NCBI GenBank assembly: GCA_027000565.1
Contig: JALTNS010000339.1
Span: 1-43,565 of the forward strand
Origin: Rhizobiaceae bacterium
GTDB taxonomy: Bacteria; Pseudomonadota; Alphaproteobacteria; Rhizobiales; Rhizobiaceae
Direction: 5' to 3'
Length of the DNA stretch: 43,565 nucleotides
Below, piece by piece: positions 30,676-39,289 of the stretch (positions within the stretch are counted from its first letter, which is position 1; each line of letters starts with the position of its first letter). The position numbers were made by a program, and so were the translations under genes. The notes under the pieces were generated by a model. It did not search any database, was not told where the DNA came from, and worked only from the letters and a program-made list of their open reading frames with translations.

Positions 30676-32219
30676 CAGCCAAGGTCCAGAAAAATATAGG
30701 GTGCCATGCCTGTTGAATTGGCAATCTCACCGGAACCTATCAGTCCGCTTGCCGTTTCAAGGTCGTCTGCCAAATAGCGGTCTTCCTGCAAGGCATGCAC
30801 ATCCTTGCGCATCCGCTCAATTGCCGCCTGAAGCGGCTGGCTTGTATTCAGCGGCGCACGAAAACCAATACCCTGCACCGCACAGGTAAGCTCAATGCCA
30901 AGGATTGCAGACAGGTTTTTGTTCATCGCCATCAACCGCCGCGCCCCGTGTGCGGCCATCGAAACATGATCCTCCTGATTGGCGCTGGTCGGGGTCGAAT
31001 CCGTCGAACACGGGTTGGCCAAGTGTTTGTTCTCGCTCATCAATGCGGCAGAGGTTACCTCGGCAATCATCAACCCGGAGTTCAGCCCCGGATCAGGGCT
31101 TAAAAACGGTGGCAAATCAAACGACAAAGTCGGATCAACCATCAACGCCACCCGGCGCTGGGCAATCGAACCTATCTCGGCAATCGCCAATGCAATCTGG
31201 TCAGCAGCGAAAGCCACCGGCTCGGCATGGAAATTACCGCCGGATAATATCCTGTCGACTTTTTCAAGTACGATTGGATTATCTGTCACCGCATTGGCTT
31301 CAATCTGCAGGGTCCGGGCTGCCTGCCGCAAAAGATCAACACAGGCGCCCGCCACCTGCGGCTGGCAACGGATGCAATAGGGATCCTGTACCCGGTTATC
31401 GCCATCGCGGTGGCTTTCGCGAATTTCAGACCCGGCCATTAACTGGCGCATGGCTGCGGCCACATCAATCTGGCCCTGATGGCCGCGAAGCTGATGAATT
31501 TCCGGTTGCAGCGGCGCGGTTGACCCCATGATCGCATCGGTGGAAAGGGCGGCAGTGACAATGCAACTTTCGACATTTCTCCAGGCCGCAAACAGACCAA
31601 CCAGTGCAAAAGCGCATGAAAACTGCGTGCCGTTGATCAGCGCCAGCCCTTCTTTGGCGGCCAGTTCTATTGGCTGTAATCCGGCAACTCTCAACGCTTC
31701 GCCGCCGGGCATAGTCTGCCCGTTATAATCGGCCTCCCCCTCGCCGATCATCACCGCGGCCATATGGGCAAGCGGCGCAAGATCACCCGACGCGCCAACC
31801 GAACCTTGCGCCGGAATGCGCGGGATAACGCCGCTGAACAGCATATCTTCCATCAGTTCAATCAGTTGCCAGCGCACACCGGACGCACCACGTCCCAGCG
31901 ACATCAGTTTTAATGCCATCATCAACCGGGTGATCGCCGGATCGATTATTTCACCAACCCCGCAACAATGGGAAAGCACAAGATTGCGCTGCAGCTTTGC
32001 TGTGTCGTGGCCGGGTATTTTGACACTGGCAAGTTTACCAAAACCGGTATTGACCCCGTAAACCGCCGCATCCGATTGGGCAGCCCTGGCAATTTGCTGC
32101 GCCGCGGTCTCAACACCCTTTTTTGATGAACGGGCAAGGCGAACACCCGCCCCGCTTCGATAAATCAACTCAAGCTGAGCAAGACTGACCGTACCGGGGA
32201 TGATTTCGACGGTGTTCAT
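30675..32219 (-). CDS. hutH: Histidine ammonia-lyase
   Basis: MIO-forming Ala-Ser-Gly in [14 protein letters not shown]. 514 aa. Confidence 0.95.
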   Translation of the reverse strand: MNTVEIIPGTVSLAQLELIYRSGAGVRLARSSKKGVETAAQQIARAAQSDAAVYGVNTGFGKLASVKIPGHDTAKLQRNLVLSHCCGVGEIIDPAITRLMMALKLMSLGRGASGVRWQLIELMEDMLFSGVIPRIPAQGSVGASGDLAPLAHMAAVMIGEGEADYNGQTMPGGEALRVAGLQPIELAAKEGLALINGTQFSCAFALVGLFAAWRNVESCIVTAALSTDAIMGSTAPLQPEIHQLRGHQGQIDVAAAMRQLMAGSEIRESHRDGDNRVQDPYCIRCQPQVAGACVDLLRQAARTLQIEANAVTDNPIVLEKVDRILSGGNFHAEPVAFAADQIALAIAEIGSIAQRRVALMVDPTLSFDLPPFLSPDPGLNSGLMIAEVTSAALMSENKHLANPCSTDSTPTSANQEDHVSMAAHGARRLMAMNKNLSAILGIELTCAVQGIGFRAPLNTSQPLQAAIERMRKDVHALQEDRYLADDLETASGLIGSGEIANSTGMAPYIFLDLG

Positions 32220-33421
32220 ATGTCACCCCCCAAAACCCGGGAATAGAGCGGATTGAAGCCTATGCGGTAGGAGAGTTCGCGCGGGTGATCAACGTTCCAT
32301 ATGGCCAGATCAGCACGCTTTCCAGCCGTGATCGTACCGCAATCATCGAGCCCGAGCGCATGGGCTGCGTGGCGGGTCGCACCTTCAAGCGCTTCCTCCG
32401 CTGTCAACTGAAACAGGGTGCAGGCCATATTCATGGTCAACAAGATAGAGAAAAGCGGTGACGATCCAGGATTGCAATCGGTAGCGACCGCCATAGGTAT
32501 GCGATATTTTCGAAACAGCGCGACAGGAGGCTTGGTTTTCTCACCAAGTGTGTAAAATGCACCGGGCAAAATTACCGCAATTGTGCCGGCCTTTGCCATT
32601 GCCGCAACACCCGGCTCATCAAGATATTCCAGGTGGTCTGCAGACAGGGCATGAAATTTAGCGGCAAGTCTGGCCCCGTCAAGATTGGATAATTGCTCGG
32701 CATGCAGTTTGACCGGAAGCCCGAGGCTTTGCGCCAGTGTAAACACACGCTCGATCTGTTGCGGTGAAAATGCGATGCCTTCACAAAATCCGTCGACCGC
32801 ATCCACAAGGCCTTGTTGATGGGCTGCTTCCAACGCCGACAGGCAAATTTCTTCGATATAGGCATCGGCCCGCCCGGCAAATTCCGGCGGCACCGCATGG
32901 GCACCGAGAAAACTGGTTTTCACCCGCAGCGGGCGCAACTTGCCAATCCTCCTTGCAGCGCGCAACATCTTCACTTCGTTCTCAATATCGAGACCATATC
33001 CAGACTTGATTTCAAGCGTTGTTACGCCTTCGCCGATCATCTCATCAACCCGCGGCAGAGCTTCATCAATCAGCTGATCTTCGCTGAGAGAACGGGTGGC
33101 TTTCAATGTCGACAATATTCCGCCACCGGCGCGGGCAATTTCTTCATAGCTTGCACCCTCAAGCCGCAGGGCAAATTCCTTTGAGCGCTCACCGCCATGG
33201 ACAACATGGGTATGACAATCAATGAGCCCCGGGGTGATCAATCGGCTTTCGAGGTCATGCTTTGGCCACGAGGAAATTCGCGACGGAAGGTCGACCCTAT
33301 TTCCACACCAGACAATCTTGCCGTTTTCAGTCGCCAGCGCCCCATGATCAAGCAACCCATAGGGCGTATCGCCCTGCACCATCGTCGCGATGCGGGCGTT
33401 TGTGTACAGTATTTTTTGCAC
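32216..33421 (-). CDS. hutI: Imidazolonepropionase
   Basis: Amidohydrolase metal motif [13 protein letters not shown]. 401 aa. 4-nt overlap with hutH. Confidence 0.95.
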   Translation of the reverse strand: MQKILYTNARIATMVQGDTPYGLLDHGALATENGKIVWCGNRVDLPSRISSWPKHDLESRLITPGLIDCHTHVVHGGERSKEFALRLEGASYEEIARAGGGILSTLKATRSLSEDQLIDEALPRVDEMIGEGVTTLEIKSGYGLDIENEVKMLRAARRIGKLRPLRVKTSFLGAHAVPPEFAGRADAYIEEICLSALEAAHQQGLVDAVDGFCEGIAFSPQQIERVFTLAQSLGLPVKLHAEQLSNLDGARLAAKFHALSADHLEYLDEPGVAAMAKAGTIAVILPGAFYTLGEKTKPPVALFRKYRIPMAVATDCNPGSSPLFSILLTMNMACTLFQLTAEEALEGATRHAAHALGLDDCGTITAGKRADLAIWNVDHPRELSYRIGFNPLYSRVLGGDI

Positions 33422-33454
33422 GGTTTGGCCTTGAATAAAATCGGGTTATCAATA

Positions 33455-33470
33455 TTATGTTTAGACATAA
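33455..33470. promoter_or_regulatory. Candidate HutC operator (perfect 6-bp inverted repeat TTATGT-TTAG-ACATAA)
   Basis: Read in the 69-bp hutI/hutF divergent gap. The core GTTTAGAC is one mismatch from the GntR/HutC-subfamily half-site pattern GT(M)TA(K)AC. Confidence 0.45.
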
Positions 33471-33490
33471 TAAATTGTCAAGGCAGATAA

Positions 33491-34852
33491 ATGCACCATA
33501 TCTGGGCCAAAAAAGCGCTCACCGCAGAAGGTTGGCAAAGTGATGTCCTGATTACCATCAACAATGACGGGTTGATCACATCGCTTGAAACCAGCGCATC
33601 GCACAAGGGCACAATTGCCGATATTTTACTGCCCGCCCCGACAAATCTGCACAGCCACACTTTTCAGCGCGCCATGGCCGGATCAAGCGAGCAGCAGGGC
33701 CCAAGGGGTCGTGACAATTTCTGGACCTGGCGGCAATTGATGTTTCGCTTTGTCGATCAATTGACCCCGGACGACATTGCCGCAATTTCTGCCTTTGTGC
33801 AGATGGAAATGCTGGAGGCAGGTTATGCAGCATCATGTGAGTTTCACTACATCCACCACCAGCGCGACGGCACGCCTTATGACAATATTGCGGAAATGTC
33901 GGAGGCTATAATTGCAGCAGCTTCAACAAGCGGTATCGGGCTGACCCTTTTACCGGTTCTTTATCAATATGGCGGTTGCGACAAACGCCCGCTCACCGGC
34001 GGGCAACGACGCTTTGGCAATACTGAGGCTCAATTCGGCAGGCTTTTTGAAAAGGCAGCAGCAGTCAAAACCCTTGCAAACCATCCAAACTTTGGCATTG
34101 CACCCCATTCCCTGCGTGCCACCAGCGAAGAGGGGTTGGCGTTTGCCGTAAATCTCGCACCGGATAGACCGATCCACATGCACCTGGCCGAACAGGTTGG
34201 TGAAGTTGAAGAAGTGCTGGCCGCGCGCGGGCGGCGACCGGTCGAATGGTTGCTGGAGAACCACAAGATTGACCGGCGCTGGTGCCTCATTCACCTCACC
34301 CACATGAACGATGAAGAAACCCGCGCAATGGCCAGAACGGGTGCGGTTGCAGGTCTTTGCCCGATGACAGAATCAAATCTCGGCGACGGCATTTTTAATG
34401 GTCGCAAATTTCTTGACCATGGCGGGCGGTTTGGCATTGGCTCCGATTCAAATATCCACATTTCACTCAGTGAAGAGCTGCGAACCTTCGAATACAGTCA
34501 ACGGCTGCGTGATAAATCACGCGCAGTTCTTGCCACTCCTGATAAATCTGCCGGACGGGTCTTGCTGGAAGGTGCTGCGCGTGGCGGCGCTCAGGCAGCA
34601 GGCCGAAATTGCGGGACAATCGACGTGGGAAAACTTGCCGATCTGTTGTCTTTGGATGGCAACCACACGGATTTGTTTCTAAAACAGGACGATGAGATTC
34701 TCGACAGCTTTATCTTTGCCGGTGATGACCGGATGGTTGTGGATGTCTGGTCAGCGGGCCAACACCTGGTCAGCAATGGACAACACATTGCCCATGAACA
34801 AATCACCAAACAATACCACAAAACACTTGCCTCGCTGAAGGAGCGGATTTGA
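33491..34852 (+). CDS. hutF: Formimidoylglutamate deiminase
   Basis: NLHSHTFQRAMAG metal motif and amidohydrolase fold. 453 aa. Confidence 0.9.
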   Translation: MHHIWAKKALTAEGWQSDVLITINNDGLITSLETSASHKGTIADILLPAPTNLHSHTFQRAMAGSSEQQGPRGRDNFWTWRQLMFRFVDQLTPDDIAAISAFVQMEMLEAGYAASCEFHYIHHQRDGTPYDNIAEMSEAIIAAASTSGIGLTLLPVLYQYGGCDKRPLTGGQRRFGNTEAQFGRLFEKAAAVKTLANHPNFGIAPHSLRATSEEGLAFAVNLAPDRPIHMHLAEQVGEVEEVLAARGRRPVEWLLENHKIDRRWCLIHLTHMNDEETRAMARTGAVAGLCPMTESNLGDGIFNGRKFLDHGGRFGIGSDSNIHISLSEELRTFEYSQRLRDKSRAVLATPDKSAGRVLLEGAARGGAQAAGRNCGTIDVGKLADLLSLDGNHTDLFLKQDDEILDSFIFAGDDRMVVDVWSAGQHLVSNGQHIAHEQITKQYHKTLASLKERI

Positions 34853-35544
34853 AACCCAACCACTCATGGCAAAGCATTCAGGCTGAAATTATCCGAAGGA
34901 TCAGCGAGCGCATCTGGGTGCCAGGTGAACTTGTTCCAAAAGAAACTGATCTGGCAAAAGAGTTTGCAGTATCGCGCGGCACCATCAACCGGGCCATGCG
35001 CGAACTGGCCAACGCCGGGTTGATCGATCGCAAGCGCAAGGCCGGAACACGTGTGGCGCTGAACCCGGTGCGCAAGGCAACTCTGGATATTCCGGTTATC
35101 CGGCTGGATGTCGAAAATCGTGGAGTCAGTCACAAACACATGGTGCTGATGCAGAAAATCGTGCCGGCGCCGGCATTGATCACCGGCAAACTTGGGCTTG
35201 CAACCGGCACCCGGATGTTACACCTTCGCACCCTGCATTTTGCTGGCAATCAACCGTTTTTGTATGAAAAGCGCTGGGTCAATCAAACCGCTGTGCCGGA
35301 TATTCTCGATGTCGATTTTAGCCAGATCAGCGCCAATGAATGGCTGGTACAAAATGCTCCGCTGACCACCGGCGACATCTCGTTTTCGGCCACAAACGCC
35401 TCAAAAGATGAAGCTGAAACCCTTGGGGCAAAAATCGGTGAGGCTCTGTTTCTCATCGATCGCTCCACCTGGATTGGCACCATGGCCGTTACCAATGCCC
35501 GTCTGGCCTATGCGCCCGGTTTCCAGATGCATACCAGTCTTTAG
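34849..35544 (+). CDS. hutC: Histidine utilisation repressor (GntR/HutC family)
   Basis: wHTH TDLAKEFAVSRGTINRAMRELANAGLIDRKRKAGTRV plus a UTRA-like C-terminal domain. TTG start overlaps the hutF stop. Confidence 0.88.
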   Translation: MKPNHSWQSIQAEIIRRISERIWVPGELVPKETDLAKEFAVSRGTINRAMRELANAGLIDRKRKAGTRVALNPVRKATLDIPVIRLDVENRGVSHKHMVLMQKIVPAPALITGKLGLATGTRMLHLRTLHFAGNQPFLYEKRWVNQTAVPDILDVDFSQISANEWLVQNAPLTTGDISFSATNASKDEAETLGAKIGEALFLIDRSTWIGTMAVTNARLAYAPGFQMHTSL

Positions 35545-35645
35545 GATTTATGCTAACACGCCAGCTTGCAGGAATCCCGATTTGCCGGTTACAGTGATTG
35601 CAGGCTTTGGCACAGACCTCTTTTCTGGATCGGGAAATTCACCTC

Positions 35646-36335
35646 ATGCAATCGACAAACCTGATCCACCTGATTGATTTGTTTTCCGATCTTGATCCGC
35701 CGCAGACAAATGCCATTGGTGAACACTGTGTCTGGCAGCGATATGCCAAAGGCAGCGAAGTTCTCAGCCACACCGAATTGTCGACCGATGTGTTTTTTAT
35801 TGCCGAAGGCCGCGTTTCGGCCAAAAGATATTCAAGCGATGGCAAGGAAGTTGCCTATACCGAAATGGCCACAGGCGATATTTTTGGCGAGTTTTCGGCA
35901 ATTGATCTGGAACGAAGATCGGCATCAATAGAAACCCTGGAAGACAGTTATCTGGCGCGCATGAGGGCCGCAGACTTTCGCCAGTTGATCATAACTTACC
36001 CGGTGCTTGGCCTCAAACTGGCTGAACATCTGGTCCGCAAAAACCGTGATCTTACCCGGCGGGTGTTTGAATTCAGTACCATGGCGGTCAGCCACCGCAT
36101 TGGTGCGGAGCTGTTGCGGATGATTGATCCCGATCACGACCAGAGCGAACCGTTCAACGTGGTGCCAGCACCGTCCCACTACCAGATTGCAACAAAACTC
36201 AGCACCCACAGAGAGGCCGTGAGCCGTGAACTTGCGCGCCTTTCGTCAATGGGCATTCTGGATGTTGGCCGCCGTAAAATCAGAATTCTGGACATTTCGA
36301 AATTACGGCAGCTGGCTGAACTGGACGTTCAGTAA
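35646..36335 (+). CDS. Crp/Fnr-family cyclic-nucleotide-binding transcriptional regulator
   Basis: cNMP-binding beta-barrel with GDIFGEFSAIDLERRSASIETLED (FGE...RSA signature). C-terminal HTH (IATKLSTHREAVSRELARLSSMGIL). Start taken at ATG 35646; the track ORF opens at TTG 35598. Confidence 0.85.
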   Translation: MQSTNLIHLIDLFSDLDPPQTNAIGEHCVWQRYAKGSEVLSHTELSTDVFFIAEGRVSAKRYSSDGKEVAYTEMATGDIFGEFSAIDLERRSASIETLEDSYLARMRAADFRQLIITYPVLGLKLAEHLVRKNRDLTRRVFEFSTMAVSHRIGAELLRMIDPDHDQSEPFNVVPAPSHYQIATKLSTHREAVSRELARLSSMGILDVGRRKIRILDISKLRQLAELDVQ

Positions 36336-37354
36336 TCATCTGAATTTGAATCCGGGTCGGCTGTTCCCCATTCAGCTTTTGCCAATGCAATCTGTTCGGC
36401 AAAATCCGGCGTATCTTCTGACGAAAGCGATGCGTAGATCTGATTGGCCAGCATTTCACCGGCAACCGTATCACTACGATAATGCATGGCAATGACTTCA
36501 CGGTTTCTGGCAATGCGTTCGGCCATTTCATAATAGGCATTCCTGCCTTCATTGTCGCTGGTTGGACCGACAATTTCGGTAAACATATGGGCCAGCAAAT
36601 AGGACTGGGTTGAATGGCCGCTTGGGAATGCCGCGTGTTGCGGCGGGTCAATCGGCGGCAACAGAGCCGGGCAAAGCTGGCTCGGACGGGGCCGGGCATA
36701 GGCCAGTTTATGCATCATTACGGCTGTGGTGCCGGTTTGCAGACATATTGCCACCAGCCGCGTAGTGGCGGGATGAGTGTAACGATTGTAACTTAAAATG
36801 CCGCGGAAAAAATCCTCGTAATTTTCGGCCTGACTAAGCGCTTCTCCCTGCACTGCCGGTCGATATTCAATCAACTGGACAAGCTCCTCTATCTCGTCAT
36901 CAACACTTGAATATCCAGCCATTTTGCCATGGCCATACATCGAAAGCCAGGGTTCGTGGGTCTCAGATGGTACCGGTATCACATGCGGATTATTGGCGAC
37001 AAACGCGATTGAATAATTGACCGGCGACCAGTGATTGAGGGAAAATTCTGCATTGCTGTTGGCCTGAGATTTGTAAATCTGCGAAAGCGGAACAGGGTTT
37101 CCCTGATCATCCCGGGAAATCGGATGCACATGCGGCCATTGATTGCCGGGCCATGAAACCAGACTGCCAGCGGTTTCATTCGGGTTGGGAAAAGGAGATA
37201 TGCCAATGCCCCGAAAGGCGGAATTGGCACCTGATGCGGTCGGCCCGCCCGATCCGTTGGAGCCATTCGATCCATTGGACCCGTTAGAGCCATTTGACCC
37301 ATTGGAACCATTCGATCCGTTGGAGCCGTTCAAAATTGCAATTAGGTCGCTCAT
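36329..37354 (-). CDS. Soluble PAP2-superfamily (acid phosphatase / vanadium haloperoxidase-like) protein with N-terminal (NGS)9 repeat
   Basis: All three PAP2 signature motifs are present: KLAYARPRP (Kx6RP), FPSGHS (PSGH) and NREVIAMHYRSD (Rx5Hx3D). No signal peptide or TM helix is visible. AAGGGGA RBS upstream of the ATG. Confidence 0.75.
   Translation of the reverse strand: MSDLIAILNGSNGSNGSNGSNGSNGSNGSNGSNGSGGPTASGANSAFRGIGISPFPNPNETAGSLVSWPGNQWPHVHPISRDDQGNPVPLSQIYKSQANSNAEFSLNHWSPVNYSIAFVANNPHVIPVPSETHEPWLSMYGHGKMAGYSSVDDEIEELVQLIEYRPAVQGEALSQAENYEDFFRGILSYNRYTHPATTRLVAICLQTGTTAVMMHKLAYARPRPSQLCPALLPPIDPPQHAAFPSGHSTQSYLLAHMFTEIVGPTSDNEGRNAYYEMAERIARNREVIAMHYRSDTVAGEMLANQIYASLSSEDTPDFAEQIALAKAEWGTADPDSNSDDY
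37250..37330 (-). repeat. In-frame 9-bp tandem repeat x9 encoding (Asn-Gly-Ser)9
   Basis: Codons 9-35 of the PAP2-like ORF read AACGGCTCC AACGGATCG AATGGTTCC AATGGGTCA AATGGCTCT AACGGGTCC AATGGATCG AATGGCTCC AACGGATCG. All four GGN codons and all four TCN codons are used. Confidence 0.95.
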
Positions 37355-37385
37355 GGTATTCCCCTTTGGTGATCAAGTGTTGGAA

Positions 37386-39164
37386 CTATTCAAGAAGTCC
37401 GCCAGATCTCAGGTGATGAAAAAAATTGCGGCGCATCGATTCAGCTTCAAACGGACAAATTCTTTCGTAATCAGAGACTCTGAATGTGTTATCTTTGTCC
37501 AATAATATATCTGCATATTTTTTTGCCTGCTCCAGATCATCAACAGCAGCATTGCAGGCTACCATCTGACGTAAATTTGACAGGTAGTTTGGATTTTCCG
37601 CGTGCGAGAGATTGGCCCACAAAAGCGCCTCAGAATAATTCTCGCAACAATAATGAGCAAGGCACATAAAATCATAAAACTGGAACAATTCGTAGTCGTT
37701 GGGCGACAGGTCCAGTCCGCGTTTGGCATATTCAACCGCCTCTTCCCCCTTGCCGGTATAGGTCAGGGTGGCGCTGGTTAAAATCCAGGTTATTGCATGG
37801 CTCGGGCCTATTTCACGGGCCCGGTCGAAATAGACCAATGCGGTTGCATAGTCCCGTTCCAGATAGGATTTCACGTGACCATAGGCCGAAAGCGCCAGTG
37901 GATTATGGCGGTCGATGCCAATCGCTTTGGTCGCCAGCCTGGTTGCCTCCACAACACTGTTTTCCCGGTCTTCGCACCAGTTCTGACCAACATTGATGCA
38001 GTGCCAGCGAACACTCCAGACAATCGGCAAAACAAATTTGCTGTCCAGTTCCATTGCTTTTTCAAGAAACCCTAGCGCTGATTGAAATTTATCCCGATCG
38101 AGTGACTTCATCAAATCCAGGGCTCTTAATGTAAGCTGGTAGGCGGTAAAATTATCTGGCGGTTTGCGCAACGCCCTCTCCAACTCGATCGCTCGCACGC
38201 TGGGTGCGATTCTGGCAACAATGTTCCGGGTTATCTTGTCCTGCACATCAAACAATTCTCTGTGGTAAAACTCACTGTTCTCACCAAAAATCAATTCTCC
38301 CTTCTCCGCATCTTCAAATGAAATCGAAACTCTTATCCGGTCGCCGATAATCCGGATTTTACCCAAAAGCACATAACGAACCGACAAAATCCGGGCCACT
38401 TCTCGCGGGTCAACATCCAGATTGGAAAATACCAGCGTCGAACCGCGGGCGATAACGTGCAATTCTTTCAGGCAAGCCAGTGAATGAATGATGTCATCAA
38501 TCACGCCATCGGCGAAATACCGGTACTCCTCACCATCGGCCATATACTGAAATGGCAATACAGCAACCGACGGCAACAATATCCGGCCATCCCGTTTCAA
38601 AGGTTCCGCATCATCAAATATCACTTCATAAGTGGGAAAAGCAGCCTCGATATTTTTGTAGGTAAGTGCCCCCAGATATCTGAATTTCAGTTCATCATCA
38701 TCTTCATATTTTTCATAAACGGTTTTGGAAACCAGCATGCCATCAGCCTGGGCCCGTTCCTGCAGCCGCTTGGTGATATTGACCCCGTCACCGTAGACCT
38801 CGCCGTTGTCATAAATCACCTCACAATAATGCACGGCAAAACGCATCGCCAGACCAGGCCAGCGCTGGACGGATTTACGTCGGTTTTCAATCAGTGTGGT
38901 TCTGACCTCAAGGCACCAGCTTACCGCATCTTTAATTTCTTCAAAGCTGATCAGACATCCGTCACCAAGCAGGCGAATAAGATCGGCCTGATATTTGGTG
39001 CCAATCGGTTGCAGGCAATTGTCGGCAAAATCCATCCACATTTTGTGGGTGGCGGTCTGATTTCTGGCGGTAAGGGCTGAATAACCGATCATGTCGGCGA
39101 AAACGACCGTCGTAAATTTATTCAGGCGATTGCCTGCCGAACGGCGGTAGTCACGCGTTTCCAT
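37386..39164 (-). CDS. Class III adenylate/guanylate cyclase fused to TolB-N-like and TPR domains
   Basis: CHD motifs VVFADMIGYS, LLGDGCLISF and GDGVNITKRLQ. A central LPSVAVLPFQYMADGEEYRYFADGVIDDII segment is typical of the TolB-like linker in cyclase-TPR proteins. The C-terminal ~250 aa form TPR-like helices. Confidence 0.85.
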   Translation of the reverse strand: METRDYRRSAGNRLNKFTTVVFADMIGYSALTARNQTATHKMWMDFADNCLQPIGTKYQADLIRLLGDGCLISFEEIKDAVSWCLEVRTTLIENRRKSVQRWPGLAMRFAVHYCEVIYDNGEVYGDGVNITKRLQERAQADGMLVSKTVYEKYEDDDELKFRYLGALTYKNIEAAFPTYEVIFDDAEPLKRDGRILLPSVAVLPFQYMADGEEYRYFADGVIDDIIHSLACLKELHVIARGSTLVFSNLDVDPREVARILSVRYVLLGKIRIIGDRIRVSISFEDAEKGELIFGENSEFYHRELFDVQDKITRNIVARIAPSVRAIELERALRKPPDNFTAYQLTLRALDLMKSLDRDKFQSALGFLEKAMELDSKFVLPIVWSVRWHCINVGQNWCEDRENSVVEATRLATKAIGIDRHNPLALSAYGHVKSYLERDYATALVYFDRAREIGPSHAITWILTSATLTYTGKGEEAVEYAKRGLDLSPNDYELFQFYDFMCLAHYCCENYSEALLWANLSHAENPNYLSNLRQMVACNAAVDDLEQAKKYADILLDKDNTFRVSDYERICPFEAESMRRNFFHHLRSGGLLE

Positions 39165-39212
39165 TCAAACTTGCCCCCTTTTTATGCAATAAATGCAGGG
39201 AATTGCCTTTTC

Positions 39213-39228
39213 TGTGATAAATACCACT
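39213..39228. promoter_or_regulatory. CRP-like dyad TGTGA-N6-CCACT in the cyclase / S8 divergent gap
   Basis: 8 of 10 matches to TGTGA-N6-TCACA, read directly. It lies in an AT-rich 125-bp region, so a chance match is plausible. Confidence 0.25.
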
Positions 39229-39289
39229 TATTGATCGTTCATGGTGAATGTTACTGTACCGCAGACAATTCAACAAACGGGATCGAAAC

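Noticed and set aside
37250-37330. The tandem 9-bp repeat considered as a CRISPR-like array or a slipped-strand phase-variation tract.
   Set aside because: There are no spacers, so it is not a CRISPR array. The unit length is a multiple of 3, so copy-number change cannot switch the frame. The units are synonymously diverged, which disfavours frequent slippage.
37143-37505. Plus-strand ORF with a striking PDPLEPFDPLDPLEPFDPLEPF repeat.
   Set aside because: It is the reverse-complement reading of the (NGS)9 repeat and spans the PAP2/cyclase intergenic gap. It has no independent RBS or motif support.
35646-39164. The cyclase plus cNMP-binding protein considered as a Pycsar-like anti-phage system.
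   Set aside because: The cNMP-binding protein ends in a Crp-type HTH, not a TIR or transmembrane killing effector. The cyclase carries large TolB-like and TPR sensor domains, typical of rhizobial signalling cyclases. Nothing else nearby is defence-like. It is kept only as a remote possibility under the specificity-residue finding.
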